Source: Eledone cirrhosa
Taxonomy: Eukaryota
Length of the DNA stretch: 64,000 bases
Assembly: GCA_964016885.1 (NCBI GenBank)
Contig: OZ024742.1
Location: forward strand, 157,232,001-157,296,000
Direction: 5' to 3'
The notes beneath the pieces were generated by a model. That model was given only the letters and a program-made list of their open reading frames with translations, had not been told where the DNA came from and did no database searches. Below are positions 27,909 through 41,959 of this stretch, in pieces. The stretch's first letter is position 1. Every line of letters begins with the position of its first letter. Both the position numbers and the translations under genes were made by a program.

Positions 27909-29256
27909 TAATATATAAGATCAAAAGATGTTTAAATGAGTTCCATGTATTTTGTTATGCGCATTTTAAAAACAAATATCATCATGCAATAACATTTTTG
28001 TTTTTATCAGATAAAATAGGAAGACATGATATGAAGGTTAAAAACACTTGTGGATAGGGCAGTTTTAAATCAGCATATGAAAAGTAGTTTTAGAATGATG
28101 TTTGATATTGGGAAATTAAAAAAAAAAAAAAAAATGGGGGTGGGTGGGTGGAAAGGATGAAAAAGAAGAGGAGATGAGAGTAAAAAGTGGAGGGGGAGGA
28201 GTATAATGAGGAAGGATGAGATAGGAGGAGAGATGGGTGATAGAGAGAGAGAGATGGCTTTTATAACTGAGAAAAATATATTGTTTTACATAGAGTGGTT
28301 GAAAAACCGTTGGAAGATAATGTATAAATTAAAAGAATTTGAAAATTAACGAAGAGAAAATTAATGTAAAGTTAAGGTTTGTATATTGAAGGGTTTAATA
28401 ATATGTGCGATGATACTTTGTAAACATAAACATTTTTTTTGACGTTAGATTATGCATCCTCTATTCATTATTTTTTTCTCCCTTTCATCTAACTTACTCA
28501 TGCTCATCTCACAATATATCCTTACTTACATTACTTTTGTTTTTTTTAATAATACATATTAACATTTTCTTTCCATCGCACATATTATTAAACCCTAAAT
28601 ATTATTCTTAATACATATTAAAATTTTCTTTCCATCGCACATATTATTAAACCCTTAAATATTATTCTTAATACAGATTAACATTTTCTTTTCATCGCAC
28701 ATATTATTAAACCCTTAAATATTATTCTTAATACATATTAACAATTTCTCTTCATCGCACATATTATTAAACCCTTCAATATACAAACCTTAACTTTACA
28801 TTATTTTTCTCTTCGTTAATTTTCAAATTCTTTTAATTTATACATTATCTTCCAACGGTTTTTCAACCTCTCTATGTAAAACAATATATTTTTCTCAGTT
28901 TTAAAAGCCATCTCTCTCTCTCTATCACCCATCTCTCCTCCTATCTCATCCTTCCTCATTATACTCCTCCCCCTCCACTTGTTACTCTCATCTCCTCTTC
29001 TTTTTCATCCTTTCCACCCCCACCCCCACCCCCACCCCATTTTTTTTTTTTTTTTTTTTTTTCCAATATCACACATCATTCTAAAACTACTTTTCATATG
29101 CTGATTTAGAACTGCACTATCCACAAGTGTTTTTAACCTTCATATCATGTCTTCCTATTTTATCTGATGAAAACACAAATGTTATTGCATGATGATATTT
29201 GTTTTTGAAATGCGCATAACAAAATACATGGAACTCATTTAACCATCTTTTGATCT

Positions 29257-29266
<10 letters not shown>
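27909..29266. repeat. Fold-back element: inverted arms of about 500 bp with an internal 60-bp tandem repeat
   Basis: 27909-28412 is the near-identical reverse complement of 28752-29266. attattctta recurs at 28601, 28661 and 28721. Confidence 0.9.
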
Positions 29267-29335
<69 letters not shown>

Positions 29336-30444
29336 TTTGTTTCTGCGCGTATATGTGAATTTGTTGTGTGTACCTGTGTAAGTTTTGCTTAAGATTACTT
29401 TGGGTACCAGATACACTACAAATGAGAGGTAATTGGCTGAAACCATAGAATAACAGATGTGAGTTACGTGGGGACATATCCTCATAGTTGTCATGCTATT
29501 ATGTGCATGTTACCTGACCAGGGACACATTTCCACTATAGATTCCACCCACTGAGTATTTATTCTTATGTTGTGGAACAAATCCAACCTTTTATTCAATA
29601 TCCTATCGTCAACGACACAAAAGTGCATGTACCATTACTACAATGCTCTCACTAATCTCTAAAGATATTTTTATGTTAACATGTTTGGGTTCGTACTTTT
29701 CCAAGTGTGCTGAAGGCTATGTTAAATGGTATAACATTATCATCGGATTAAGCTTCATGATAATCGCGTCAAAGAGGCAAACGTATTTGTAAAAGACAGG
29801 TATTGTCAAATTCATTAATATTCCTTATTTATGGAACCTAAGGAGTTAAACTTTTTAACATATCAATCCTGGATTTGGATAATCTTATTCGGAGAATTTA
29901 TACCCGAACAAATATATATTGCTTTATTAGCCTATTGGTGACGCAAACGGGAACCGAGGATCTCCAGTATTTAAAGCCGCCTTCAGCTCAGATTTTTAAA
30001 GAAAACTTAAGCCTAAAAAATATAAGATACCGAAGGAAAACAATTTTGTTTTTCGACGTCTTCTTACATTTGTAGTTTGATTTCTAATATCGATAATGTT
30101 GCAGTAGATTAGCTCACATAAAGTATATATCTAAGATAGGAATGTAAAGAATTGAACCCCAGGTTCTACAATATGTATTAATGTGCATATTAGAGCTATA
30201 TAAATGATCAATTTGAATATTAGCGCCAGCCTCGCTAATGTACACAAAACTAATTACAAATTCATGATATGTTTTCGTTAATGAAGGTGTAGATATACAC
30301 CATTTAAAAGAAATAAAATTGAATATTCCAATATTGATACTAAGAATAATATATATATATATTTTTTCGATCGACTTTCGTCAAATCGGACCGAGGAAAC
30401 AATGTTTCCGTTGGTCTTTCCAATTGCTAGTACTATATATCGGT

Positions 30445-30580
30445 CGCAACTCCAGGTAGAATGAGCAACGTGAAATAAAGTGTTTTGCTCAAGGACATAA
30501 CGCATCGCCCGGTCCAGGAATCGAATTCACAACCTCACGATAGCGAACCCAATTCTCTAACCACTCAGCCACATGCCGCT
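30445..30580 (-). mobile_element. tRNA-derived CORE-type SINE, 5' part
   Basis: Minus strand: A box TGGCTGAGTGG, B-box-like GAATTCGATTCC, then TCCTTGAGCAAAACACTTTATTTCAC. Confidence 0.7.
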
Positions 30581-30779
30581 ACTAAGAATAATATCAAATA
30601 TAAATTGTCTTTCAAATCAGATATATGACAGCATATGGATAAATATGCACACAAATCCTTACACAGAGGCATGTACACCCATAAACAAAGGAATATAAAC
30701 TTTCACACACACATTTGTAATACACATGTAAATGTGTGAATTTTGATTTGGCAGAAATCGCTATTGCTACAGATTGTTT

Positions 30780-32345
30780 TGGTAAAGTTGTCAGGTATTG
30801 AATCCTCAAAGACATCAAGGATGCTTGGAGAGAAGGAGATTCTTGGACATTGCGGTATAAAAAACAAACCTGTCAAATACCGGGCAAGCACATGGCTGTC
30901 AATGTCTAGTAATTAGGAAGTATAAAAGCGATATATTGTTATAAAATGCATTTCTGTAATGGCCTTCATCAACTAATGCGCAATATTTTATGAAATAATG
31001 TCGAAATTGTGGTCAGCTTATTATTTCCCGACGTTTAGTTTTATACACAATGATAATTTCTTGAAGAAGCGTCTATCTATGCTGGGGTACCGTTGTGTTT
31101 AGCTATGTTTGTTTGCCTTTTTATTCCATGTTATTATAAATGAGTAAAACCGAAGATACGAACTTACGAAGGTGATCTGCACAAACACTGAACTTGTCAG
31201 AAGCAACACACAAGTCAGTCTCTATTACCTGAAAGAAGCACAGAATAATGTCATAATATATCAACTCATAAACATAGAGTGCTGTCATATCAGGCATGAC
31301 ACTTATCAAATGTAATGCAGCGCAAATATCACAAACTTCATTTGGAGGAATAATCAAGATCCTTAGATCGTATCTATTTGTATATTTCCCATCTATTGAA
31401 AAGAAAAAAGAATTGTGTGACAGCCATCGTAGTTCATCAAATCTTTCTGTGGCTAACAAGATCCTTGCTCGAGTGCCTTCAACAGAAATAAAACTCACCT
31501 AGTAGATCATATTTATCGTGTATCCCACTGTAGCCTCAAGGCTGGGAGAGTAACTATGGACACGGTATATTTCTTGCGTCATGTTTGAAAGTAAGTACAA
31601 GAGAAGCAGAGCGACATATTCAAAGCATTTGTTGCTTTAACAAAATCTTTTCACTCCAGCAATGACGGTGCTTTGTCGGCAGATCTGAAGAAGCTTGGTA
31701 CTCCCAATAAGATGCTCAGTATTATAACACCCTTCCATGAAATCATGCATGCGTCCATTAAATCGGATAGCGCTTTATGTTATCAACTCTAACAAATGAG
31801 ACAAAACAGTATAATTAATAGCACTTTGTTTGCACAAGAAGTTCTAAGCCGGTTTTCCTCTGCGGAAAATGCATTTGGCTTATAAATAAATTTGAAAAAG
31901 AGAGAGATTATATACAAGTTAAAACAAAACCCTATCCAAAGAAGAGGCCTGACCCTTCCTAAGGCTCAATACAGCACACCTTTACGTAGAATTATTATGG
32001 ACACCAAGCCTCTAACGTCTGTGAAATCCCTCCTATAATTAGGAAGTAAAATCCATTCTAGTAGTTTGTTAGATGATAGAATAGTAAATAAAATGACGGA
32101 GGCTAGTGCTAATTTTTGAAAGTGTATGGAATGAGTGTGGAATGAGTTTTAAAACAGAAATCCCAGTTTACCGTTCAGATGTCTCAACATTGTTGTATAT
32201 GAATTATGGAATCCAATTTGAAAGCATATCACAAAACTAGACACTTTCTACAAGAGATTTCTTATAAATATCTGTCGTTTCACATGACAGGACACAGTTT
32301 CCAATAGAGATTTCTTTCATAAGTGGGATATAAAAACCATAGAGA
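30780..32345 (+). mobile_element. Highly decayed RTE-clade LINE
   Basis: Remnants CDSHRSSSNLSVANKILARV, TMDTVYFLRHV..VQEK..AFVALTKSF..LKKLGTPNKMLSII and LGSKI..LDDRIVNKMTEASANF..HITKLDTFYKRFL..QDTVSN. Confidence 0.65.
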
Positions 32346-33920
32346 CCCCCTCTCACTTCCGGTTCCTCCGTTTTTCTCTCTTTCAGCACTTACTTTCACT
32401 GAGAATAGACGCGGATTTACCTAGCTCCTCTGTTAAAATTACCCCCGGGCTTAAACCCAACTGCTTTTTTAAACTTGATTTATGTACTCTTCGGTTACTC
32501 ACTTACATGTTCCTTTGTCCCGTGCTTCCCCGTCTATCGGTATGCTTACTTCTTTTTTTCCCTTTTTTTCTTCCTTTTTTCTTCTCTCTTCCCTATCACT
32601 TCTTGGCTTTTTGATAGATAACATGATATGGGCACGCTTCGGATAGATGTTCTGTTTATGATGCGCCGAAACATCGGTGATCTGTAGTAAACAGCTGACG
32701 AAGGGAAACTGTCCATCTCTTGTTTGTGTCGCCTTACCTTCTAACACTCGTTATCAGTGACCACACAGCCTCGCCTTCCTCAATATATATATATATATAT
32801 ATATACTTTCAATTTATATATATATGCTTTAAATTTAATGTGTATAGGCGAAGAGGAAGTGTGGAATAAACCGAAAGCGAAATGATAAAAAAACAGACAG
32901 TGAAAGCAATTAAAATTGCACACATACATCCCATTTTATATAATAATCGTGATACTTCTGTTTACTCTGCATAATCCCGTAAACCTATACAGAAAAAGAA
33001 ATACTGGTTGATTCATAGAACAAATGTAAATATAGCTACAGACATTGATAAACATTGATAAACATAGATAAAGATAGAATAACGTAGAAATGATTCCACG
33101 GGAAACGCAATATGTATAATCGTATAACAATAATGTATACTAGAGAATATTGTAGAAAAGAATAGGTATCAAGGGGTAAAATGGAAAATAACTTGAACAA
33201 ATTGCAAAAACGTATCAAAATGTGAAAAGAAAACATACAATTTAAAATAAGATATATATCACAGCCTCGTGTTACATGCAACCGTAGAAATAAAATATCG
33301 CCCTGTACTCCGACCCTAGTGCACGCCTTTATGAATATTATTTATATCATATCTATAACAAGTACATGCTTCTTTCGGCGTGTTTTGGGGTGTCATTCTT
33401 TAAAATCCTCAACTATTGTACGAGATTGAAAATATAATCGAATTCTTCTACACAGTGAAAAATGTTAAAAAGATATATATAGTGTTGCAGCTACATAGTA
33501 ACAAGACCACAACATTTAATTTCTTATTATACTTACAATATCAATTCATAAATAATTCACATACTACGTTTAAGCTATGGTTTGATTATCATCATTTATA
33601 GTTCAATATATTATATTGCATTACTATTGAGGCGGTGGGGATAGATTGAGCGAAGCGCTCTGCTTGTAGGTTAAATATTTACTTTACCCAAATGATTGTT
33701 TTCAGAATGTGAGACATGATTGTTTGTGTACAATATATCTGAAGTGCCTCCTTGATCGTTTTCGCCTCTAAATTTGTGGACATAGTGATTTCAAAGCAGC
33801 AAAGAGAACTTCGAAAAGTGCTTAAACTGTAGTGTAGGTGTATGTTGACACAGCTTTCCGCCCACAAATTCCCCATCCAATACCTTGTGTATTTAATTGT
33901 ATTCCACGCATATGCAAACA

Positions 33921-34232
<312 letters not shown>

Positions 34233-34494
34233 TATAGTTGTAAAATGAGACCTTTCATAGTTGTTGAATAAGAGAGTTAACTTTGTATCTATTGAAGATA
34301 GAGTAATACTTATGTGATCTAGGGAAACATTTATCCAAGGCTTTAAAAAATATGCCAAAGGTGTTTTAATAGCTAAAGATGCTGGTGGGACATACCCAAT
34401 TATAATCTAGTCCTATTTTTTTCCCCGATTTATACTTCAAGTTGTTATTTTTACAGTCAGTTTTATTTTTTATTATTATTATTATGAATATTAG

Positions 34495-34690
34495 GGCGGT
34501 GGATTGGCAGTATCGGTAGAGGGTAAGACGCCATGCTTACCAGCATAGTTACGTCCCTTTACGATCTGAGTTCAAATCCCGCGGAGGTTGACTTTGCCTT
34601 TCATCCTTACGGGGTCGATAAAATAAAGTACAAGTAATGCACTGGGTAATTGCTGGCCTTGTGCTTAAAGTAGAAACAATTATTATTATG
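34495..34690 (+). mobile_element. tRNA-derived SINE, near full length (Meta/MESC-like core)
   Basis: B box GAGTTCAAATCC, core GACTTTGCCTTTCATCCTTACGGGGTCGATAAAATAAAGTAC, (ATT)n tail. Several other copies occur in the window. Confidence 0.8.
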
Positions 34691-34699
34691 AATATTGTG

Positions 34700-35330
34700 T
34701 TTATAATTAATATTATTTTTTTCTACATATTGAATATTATTTTTATATCCTGCTTTATGTAACGCTTCATTCTAATATGCAGCGTTTCTATTAAAAATGG
34801 ATCTGTTAGTAGATAGTCTGGATATTCCTTGTTGGATACTATTGACTATTGCATTTTTAACACTTTTAGGATGATTAGAGTAAAAGCTAACATAATTTAG
34901 GTTTTCAATGAGTTTATCGTAATATAGGCCTGAGTTTAAATTAAGGGTTACGTCTAAAAAGTTAACTATTTTATTCTTATTTTCTACCTATAATTTCAGG
35001 TCGTAATTTCTAAAGAATTCTATAATTACTTTCTTTACTCTATTTAATTCGCTATTAGTATGTCTAACTGCAGTAAATAATATATCATCTCTATATAAAC
35101 CACCGGTAATCTCTGGCAGTTTTCTATTTATCATTTTAAGGATGAAAATTTCCACAAGATCGGTAACTTGCGCCGAATCGGACAAGCCCTTGGTAATGTC
35201 GAAATGTTTCTGCCTATCTGAACGAGTCCAAAAATCATTATTAAAGTCAATCAAGGTTCGCCTTGCCGTTAAAATAATATTAATCTCGCCACTAGATAGA
35301 TCCGTCTGTTTATATGCATATGAAAGCATA
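34700..35330 (-). pseudogene. Penelope RT fragment
   Basis: FDITKGLSDSAQVTDLVEIFIL...GGLYRDD, followed by VNFLDVTLNL. Confidence 0.8.
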
Positions 35331-36000
35331 TGAATATTGCTATGAATATTGCTCAAAATATTGCAAAAATTAATAGCAAAATTCTTAATTCGAACCAGCA
35401 TATAATTAGCGATAATAACAATAATAATAATAATAATAATAATACATTAGTTAATGTGAATAACAATAACAATAATTTAAATACGAATAATAGTAGAACA
35501 CCTAGAAATAATAACACTGATAATACAAACAGTTTAGGTTATTGAAATAACAGGGAATTGAACTGTAACTGTAGAAGGAAATCTGAATGCCCTTTACAAA
35601 ATAATTGCCTTGATAAGAATTTAGTATATAAATGTACCATTAAGACAAATAATAATAATACTTATAACTACATAGGTGCCACTTCCTCAAACTTTAAGTT
35701 TCACTTTTCCAATCATAATCATTCTTTCTCAAATCCAGATAAAAATTGTTCTACTTCATTATCATAATTAATATGGGTTTTAAAAGAGAAAAATATTAAA
35801 TACTCAATTTCTTGGAATAAACTTAAGATTTCTGATTCCTATCGGAACGCTTCCATTTCACCAAACTGCATGCAATCTTTGCAATTTAGAAACTATATTA
35901 ATAATTACCAATTATGGTAATTTAATTAATAAAAAAATGAATTATTTGGTACTTGTCTACATACATGTGGAAAGACATTTCAAGCATTATACAATTTCAG
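35330..36000 (+). pseudogene. Penelope GIY-YIG endonuclease fragment
   Basis: NIAQNIAKINSKIL, CNCRRKSECPLQNNCLDKNLVYKCTI..YNYIGATSSNFKFHFSNHNHSF..STSLS. Confidence 0.8.
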
Positions 36001-37442
36001 AAAAAAAATACTGACTAAGAAGAAAAAAATATTGACTATTATTAATAATTCTTGAAATATTATTATTGTTATTATATATATAATAGTTGGCCTTACCTTA
36101 AAAATTGTATATCGTTTTTATATAGTAAATTAATCTCATGATGTGACTCAGTATCCTAAGTTAGGATTTAGAATGGTCATTGTATAACTTGAAATTTCTG
36201 AATTTGCGGTTTGAAATATCTGTTGGCTTCCATAGCACTTAGATAATATAAATGATCACATAAGTTGTACGGATTATCTTCCTTTGTTTACATTCTTCGT
36301 AAATAATGTTCGTTCTATGCAAATAGATTAATAATGTATATTTAACATGATTTATACAGTTTAATAATATACGAAAAATCCTTAAAGGGAAACTACATAT
36401 ATTAAGATGTAGTTACAGGAGTAAAATCGAAATAATAATAGTTTTAAGAGTAAATATAACTATATATTAATCCTATAAGTAAATGACAACTAATCAATTG
36501 AACTGTTTTTATAACGAAAAAAGAATAATTCAGATAATAATTCTAAACATTATATAAAATCTATATACTGATGGTGATAAGCGCATAAGTGTGGTAAATA
36601 TTCTTATAGATATTTAATAGGTATGTAAACTTGCTTTATAGATAAAAATGTTTTTGAATTTTGTAACAAAATATTTAATATATATATTAATTAAATTATG
36701 CTTCTGATTATTATATAAGATATGTTTATATTGTTTAATTTTGATATAATATATTAGTATAATTAGCTTAAACATAACCAAATACAAAAGATATAAAAAA
36801 TTCATAGTATTTAATTGGTCGCTTCTATTTGACTTAATATTTGAAAACAACGGTCACGCATCATGTCTCTTTCTTCCTTCTTTCTTTCTTTCTTTCCTTT
36901 TTGCAGTTATGTCTTTCCTCTTCTCTCTTCTATCTCTCTCTCTCTCCTTCTCCTCTCTTCTCTTCTTTCTTCACTCTTCTTTTTTTTCTTCTCTTCTATC
37001 TCCTCTTTCTCTCTTTCTTTATCTTCCCTAACACGGATATTTACGCATTTAAATATTTATGTAGGTATGCGTTTATTTATTTCTTCTTGCATTCTCTCAT
37101 ACTCCTTATACGTATATCTCGCTCCATATTTAAGTTTATCATGTTATTATTTGTGTTATATAAATATTGAGAGGTGTTGTAATAAATCACTACCAATACT
37201 GGAATTGAGCCATCAAGACAGTTGGGGTGTGTCATACATCAATTAATGTATTTTATATGACAAGGGCGTACTGAAAAAACAGCACAGTACCTCCGAAATA
37301 ATTATAGTAAAACATATATGTTGATTAAGTGAACGTCTTCATTTATTAATATTTTGAATAATATTAATAACTCCAGAAAACTTCGCTGTAGAGTGCTTTT
37401 AATTTGTGTAATCAATGAACCATATTAATCTTTGGTTTTATA

Positions 37443-37517
<75 letters not shown>

Positions 37518-37580
37518 AAACTTTCCTCTACATTGCTGAATACGATAAATGTAATCTGAGTTTTTTCGAATATTAATAAT

Positions 37581-37742
37581 TGTTTCTACTTTTGGCACAA
37601 GGCCAGCAATTATCCCAGTGTATTACTGGTACTTTATTTTATCGACCCCGTAAGGATGAAAGGCAAAGTTAACCCCGGCGTGATTTGAACTCAGAATGGC
37701 AAGGGCGGTAACTCTATGCGTCAAAGCATGGCGTCCAACCCT
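37581..37742 (-). mobile_element. SINE with a 13-bp target-site duplication
   Basis: Same family as 34495. gaatattaataat occurs at 37568-37580 and 37743-37755. Confidence 0.85.
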
Positions 37743-37880
37743 GAATATTAATAATAACATTCAATCCGTTTGCAATTGTGCAAATAAGCCTAAATTATAT
37801 AGCCATGTCAGCAGAATGAACACTTCATTCTTGCTCTTATGTTGGCATGCGAACAGCTGACAGTTTGGCAGGGGAACAGT

Positions 37881-37930
37881 GAGCTGTACTGATGAAGGGT
37901 GATACCCAGAAACGTTAATGCTTGCAGTTC
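37881..37930 (+). ncRNA. Type I hammerhead (438-nt family), cleavage triplet mutated
   Basis: gagctgta-CTGATGA-a gggt gat accc a-GAAA-cgttaatgc-T-tgcagttc. The tandem copy at 38319-38368 has its core mutated to GGGATGA. Confidence 0.7.
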
Positions 37931-38991
37931 TGTTCGCATGCCAACTTAGGAACAAGAATGAAGTGTTCATTCTCCTGACATGACTATAAAATTGAGGCTT
38001 GTTTGCAAAATTGCAAACAAATCGAATGTTATTATTAATATTCGAAAGACTCAAATTAGATTTATTGTATTCAGCGATGTAGAGCGAAATGTTCTTTTTT
38101 ATTTGAATTTGGCAAAGTCTGCCATTTATCGCTCGTATACAGGAAACTGACTGGCCTGGCCGCTGATATGCAAATCTGGCTGATCAGTAGATCTGCTAAT
38201 ATGCAAATCTGACTGATCAACCAATCAGCTAATATGCAAATCAGGCCGATCAGTCTCTGTGTATTTTTGAAAATAGCATATATTTTCACTAGCTCTGACA
38301 GTCTGGCAGGTGAATAGTGAGCTGTGGGGATGAAGGGTGATACCCAGAAACATTAGTGTTTGCAGTTCTGTTCGCATGCCAACATAAGAGCAAAAATGAA
38401 GTGTTCATTCTCCTGACATGACTATAAAAATGAGGCTTGTTTGCAAAATTGCAAACAAATTGAATGTTATTATTAATATTCGAAAAACTCAAATTACATT
38501 TATTATAAATTTATATATATATATATATATACACGGGGTAACAAATAATAGTTAAATGCAGTCCACTTAGATAGAGTCCAGTTATGGTATTCCAGGTAGT
38601 GGATGATATTAACGCTTGGCTTGGCTTGACTCAACAAGGCGTTTTCATAGTGATGCTGCGGGTATTTAGCTTTGACAGTGTTGTCCCACTCATGTACACT
38701 ATTGAAGATGAAGAGAAAGACTGTAAACACTGGCTTATCTTTATAATTTAAAATTGATACACACTTCGATACTCTGTACATGCCAAACTCTTACTTCTGC
38801 CTGATGATAGCTAGTTTTACACGCCGTAACGTTAGATACATTATATACCCCCCACCTAAGTAATGTCAGGGTCTCCTCAAATAATTTATTAATAGCATTG
38901 TTGTAATTGTTGTTATTGTTCTAATTGAATGCAATTACTACTTCATATAGTAGCCTGTATATTCTTGTCTTGCCTGTGTATTTTCTTCATT

Positions 38992-39110
38992 CTCACATGC
39001 TCCGAAGATCTGACTGGTTATAATTTTGTATTGGCGATCGAGTAACGCGAAAATAAGCGAATAGCGATCTCTAGACCTACCAGTACAGAGAAACAATTGT
39101 TAGCTATGAG
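38992..39110 (+). ncRNA. Type I hammerhead with CCGAAGA core and a very long stem II insert
   Basis: ctcacatgct-CCGAAGA-tctgactggt [about 60 nt] accagtacaga-GAAA-caattgt-T-agctatgag, then ATTAAA, then (TA)n. Confidence 0.6.
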
Positions 39111-39157
39111 ATTAAAAACCTTTTTTGTATAGCAAACCATGTCAACCTTCTTTCCTG

Positions 39158-39220
<63 letters not shown>

Positions 39221-39571
39221 TAACAGACGCCACGTACCATTCCTCTCCGACAGATAACTTTTCCCCCAGGAAAACCGCCCAGTTGATGGATGCGAGTCTG
39301 AAATATAGATACAATTAAATCTCTCCCACAGTAATTATTTCTCGTGTTATTATTTTTATATTTTACGCTCTTTCCAACGTTCTTCTACACACTATAGATC
39401 TCACTCTACATTTCCTCTTACATCTCCCTCTTCACCACCGGATTCTGTTACCCGGAGATTTACCTATCTGCATTGTGGAGGCTTCCAAAACGACCAAAAA
39501 ATATGTCTTTATTATTCCACAATGCTTCAAGCAATCTTCAATACTCTCATATTTTCTACTCTCAGATTCTC

Positions 39572-40199
39572 TGTTTTCTTCGGAAAATATATTTATTCCA
39601 TTTCAGAAACTAATTAGTTGGAAGTGATATTTTAGAAAGTAAGTTAATTTTATAATTTTCTTATTTTACGACTCTCATATTATTGTTCTGCAACCCCATG
39701 CATTGAACCACAAAGTTACTAAGACAAAACCTATATATTTGCTAGCATTGATATGCATCTGTATGTATATATATGTTACTAGATATTAATTCTTTATAAT
39801 TATCTCCAAATTATTTGTCGAGCAATATTGGCCAAGACTGCTGCTATGGTAGCAGGCAGGCCGCTGTCTTATTAGCAAACCACTTTCCACTGATTGACCT
39901 CGATGTCACGTGATTGATTCTTTTTGAATTTGCCACCGACGCTGAGGCAGTGATTTTCTCAATGGCTAGGAATTCAGTCCACGCTTTGCTATTTTCTATC
40001 CACTGAATTATGTTTGAATAAGTTTCCAGAGTCCACGCTTTGCCTGGATACTTAGATGAGAATAGTCTTCCCTGACGACGAAATGATTCTTAATGTTTTC
40101 TTCGGAAAATATATTTATTCCATTTCAGAAACTAATTAGTTGGAAGTGATATTTTAGTAAGTAAATTAATTTTATAATTTTCTTATTTTACGTCTCTCA

Positions 40200-40203
<4 letters not shown>
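39572..40203 (+). repeat. Diverged 1.2-unit (522-bp period) relative of the 557-bp HHR array
   Basis: Direct repeat at 39572/40094. Shares gaaactaattagttgga, ttattgttctgca, tttgctagcat, tttgtcgagcaa and tgtcacgtgattgattcttt with the 44.5-46.2 kb units. Confidence 0.85.
40067..40146 (+). ncRNA. Type I hammerhead with extended stem II (cUUCGg-capped)
   Basis: cttcc-CTGACGA-c gaaatg..tgttttc ttcg gaaaata..catttc a-GAAA-ctaattagt-T-ggaag. Confidence 0.85.
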
Positions 40204-40263
<60 letters not shown>

Positions 40264-40835
40264 AAATTAAGATAAATTAAATGAATTTAATCTAAATTAA
40301 AATTATGGGTGACATGCCATAACGGCATGCGCCATATCACCCGGAAAATAAGTTCAAAGATTCTATCGAGTAGGTCCGACCATTTTATAATAACTAGAAA
40401 TTGATTAACATATATATAAACATGAATAATCACAGGAGATAATTTTTACAAGTGTGTAACCCTACATAGCTAGGAATGTAACTAAATGAAGTTGATTAGA
40501 ACTTCAAAAATAGATACCTTATAATATGATTAATCTTCCCTGAATATATTCCATTAAAGAAATATATTTTACCAATTAATCAGATGGTACATCACAGAAG
40601 TGAATATTTTTGATTTTCAACAAGGAAGAAAATTTCCAGCAATCCATGTTTACTCTACAAGTTCAAATCTGCAACTCGCTACTACCACGTGTTGTATTTA
40701 CACTTCATAGCAGCTTCGTCTCAGTGGCGTGAATAGGGTTATCGACAACTAGAAACAGCAGTCGATTCCTTTCAACAGAGTTAGCTCTACAATTAAGGAG
40801 CCGTATTTATATATCTATATCCAAAATTAAGATAA

Positions 40836-40874
<39 letters not shown>

Positions 40875-41959
40875 TTATAACATCTAGTTGAGAGCTTATC
40901 ATGATGATTAGCGGAAATTAAAATATTTCCTTTCGCTAACAATTTTAATGACCCGCCTAAAACCGGGGGTTATTTCCCTTGCCGGAATTAACACGTGATA
41001 GCTATAGATACGATAAGCCGCATGTAGCAGCAACATATAATTTATCACTCCGGTCCTAAGCAGAACGAAAAGCCTATTGATAAACTGAATCCTCCGTTCG
41101 ATCACCAATACCATGAGATTGCCAATCACGTAGGTCTGATATTTGATTTCGGATTCAAAGAAACAAACTTTATACGATTGATCGTTTGATTTGTCCAGGT
41201 GTACTTTTCTCAACCTGATTAGTTCTATCGTTACTTTGGTATATATTGTGTGTTAGATTCGCCTACCAGAATGTTCGATTTGTCAAGCTACTTAAACGTA
41301 TTTTATTACTCTAAGGCCCTATCTTATCGAGTGCTTTGCTAACTCATAAGTAGGCCGAATTTACTTGCAAACCGCCAGAGATTCGATTTTACTGATTTCC
41401 AATTTTATATATTTATATATAGATAACAAATATATATATATAATGCCAGTAATTGGCTGTACTACCCACAGTATATATATATATATCAGACACGTAACCT
41501 TATTATATATGATGGTATCTGGTGATATCAGATAACTGTTTGTGTGATTGAACAATCCACGTAACTATGATAGCTATGGAAATATGTTTTACAGCTTTGT
41601 TTATGAAGGTTTTTAAACATCTACACGAAACTTTGCGTTTTTCTGATTGTATATATACTTCTGTACAAAATTGACATAAATATCCAAGGGTTTACTGCAC
41701 TCACTGGATAGGACGATTTAAGGATGATTAGTTAAATCAGTGACATGTACAGATACGTTTCGTTGTGTTATTCACCGCAACTCTTTCAGATGTTAGAAAG
41801 TGTAAGAGAGTTCTAAGGGTAGGTAATCTCGGAAGTATCTATAATTAGACAAAGACCTTAAGTAATGTAAGTGAGAAGGGAGGCAAGTATAAACAAACAA
41901 GGTATACAACTTGCGTTTCACAGGGAGCCCTGTGGTAAAGTAGAAAATTCGAAGACTAT

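Larger units (their letters stand above)
37515..38505. repeat. Fold-back partial tandem of a ~438-bp HHR-containing unit
   Basis: Forward units 37853-38505 (gagctgt at 37881 and 38319). The inverted arm is 37515-37580 plus 37743-37856, split by a SINE. Confidence 0.85.

Noticed and set aside
30500-30580. tRNA gene
   Set aside because: A and B boxes are present, but it continues into a SINE core and has no complete cloverleaf. It is a SINE head.
32680-32725. CTGACGA-ag-GGAAACTGTC minimal hammerhead-like string
   Set aside because: No stem I pairing directly flanking the core was found. It could be a decayed motif but is unsupported.
38788-38840. CTGATGA in ctgcctgatgatagctag
   Set aside because: No GAAA and no convincing stems follow.
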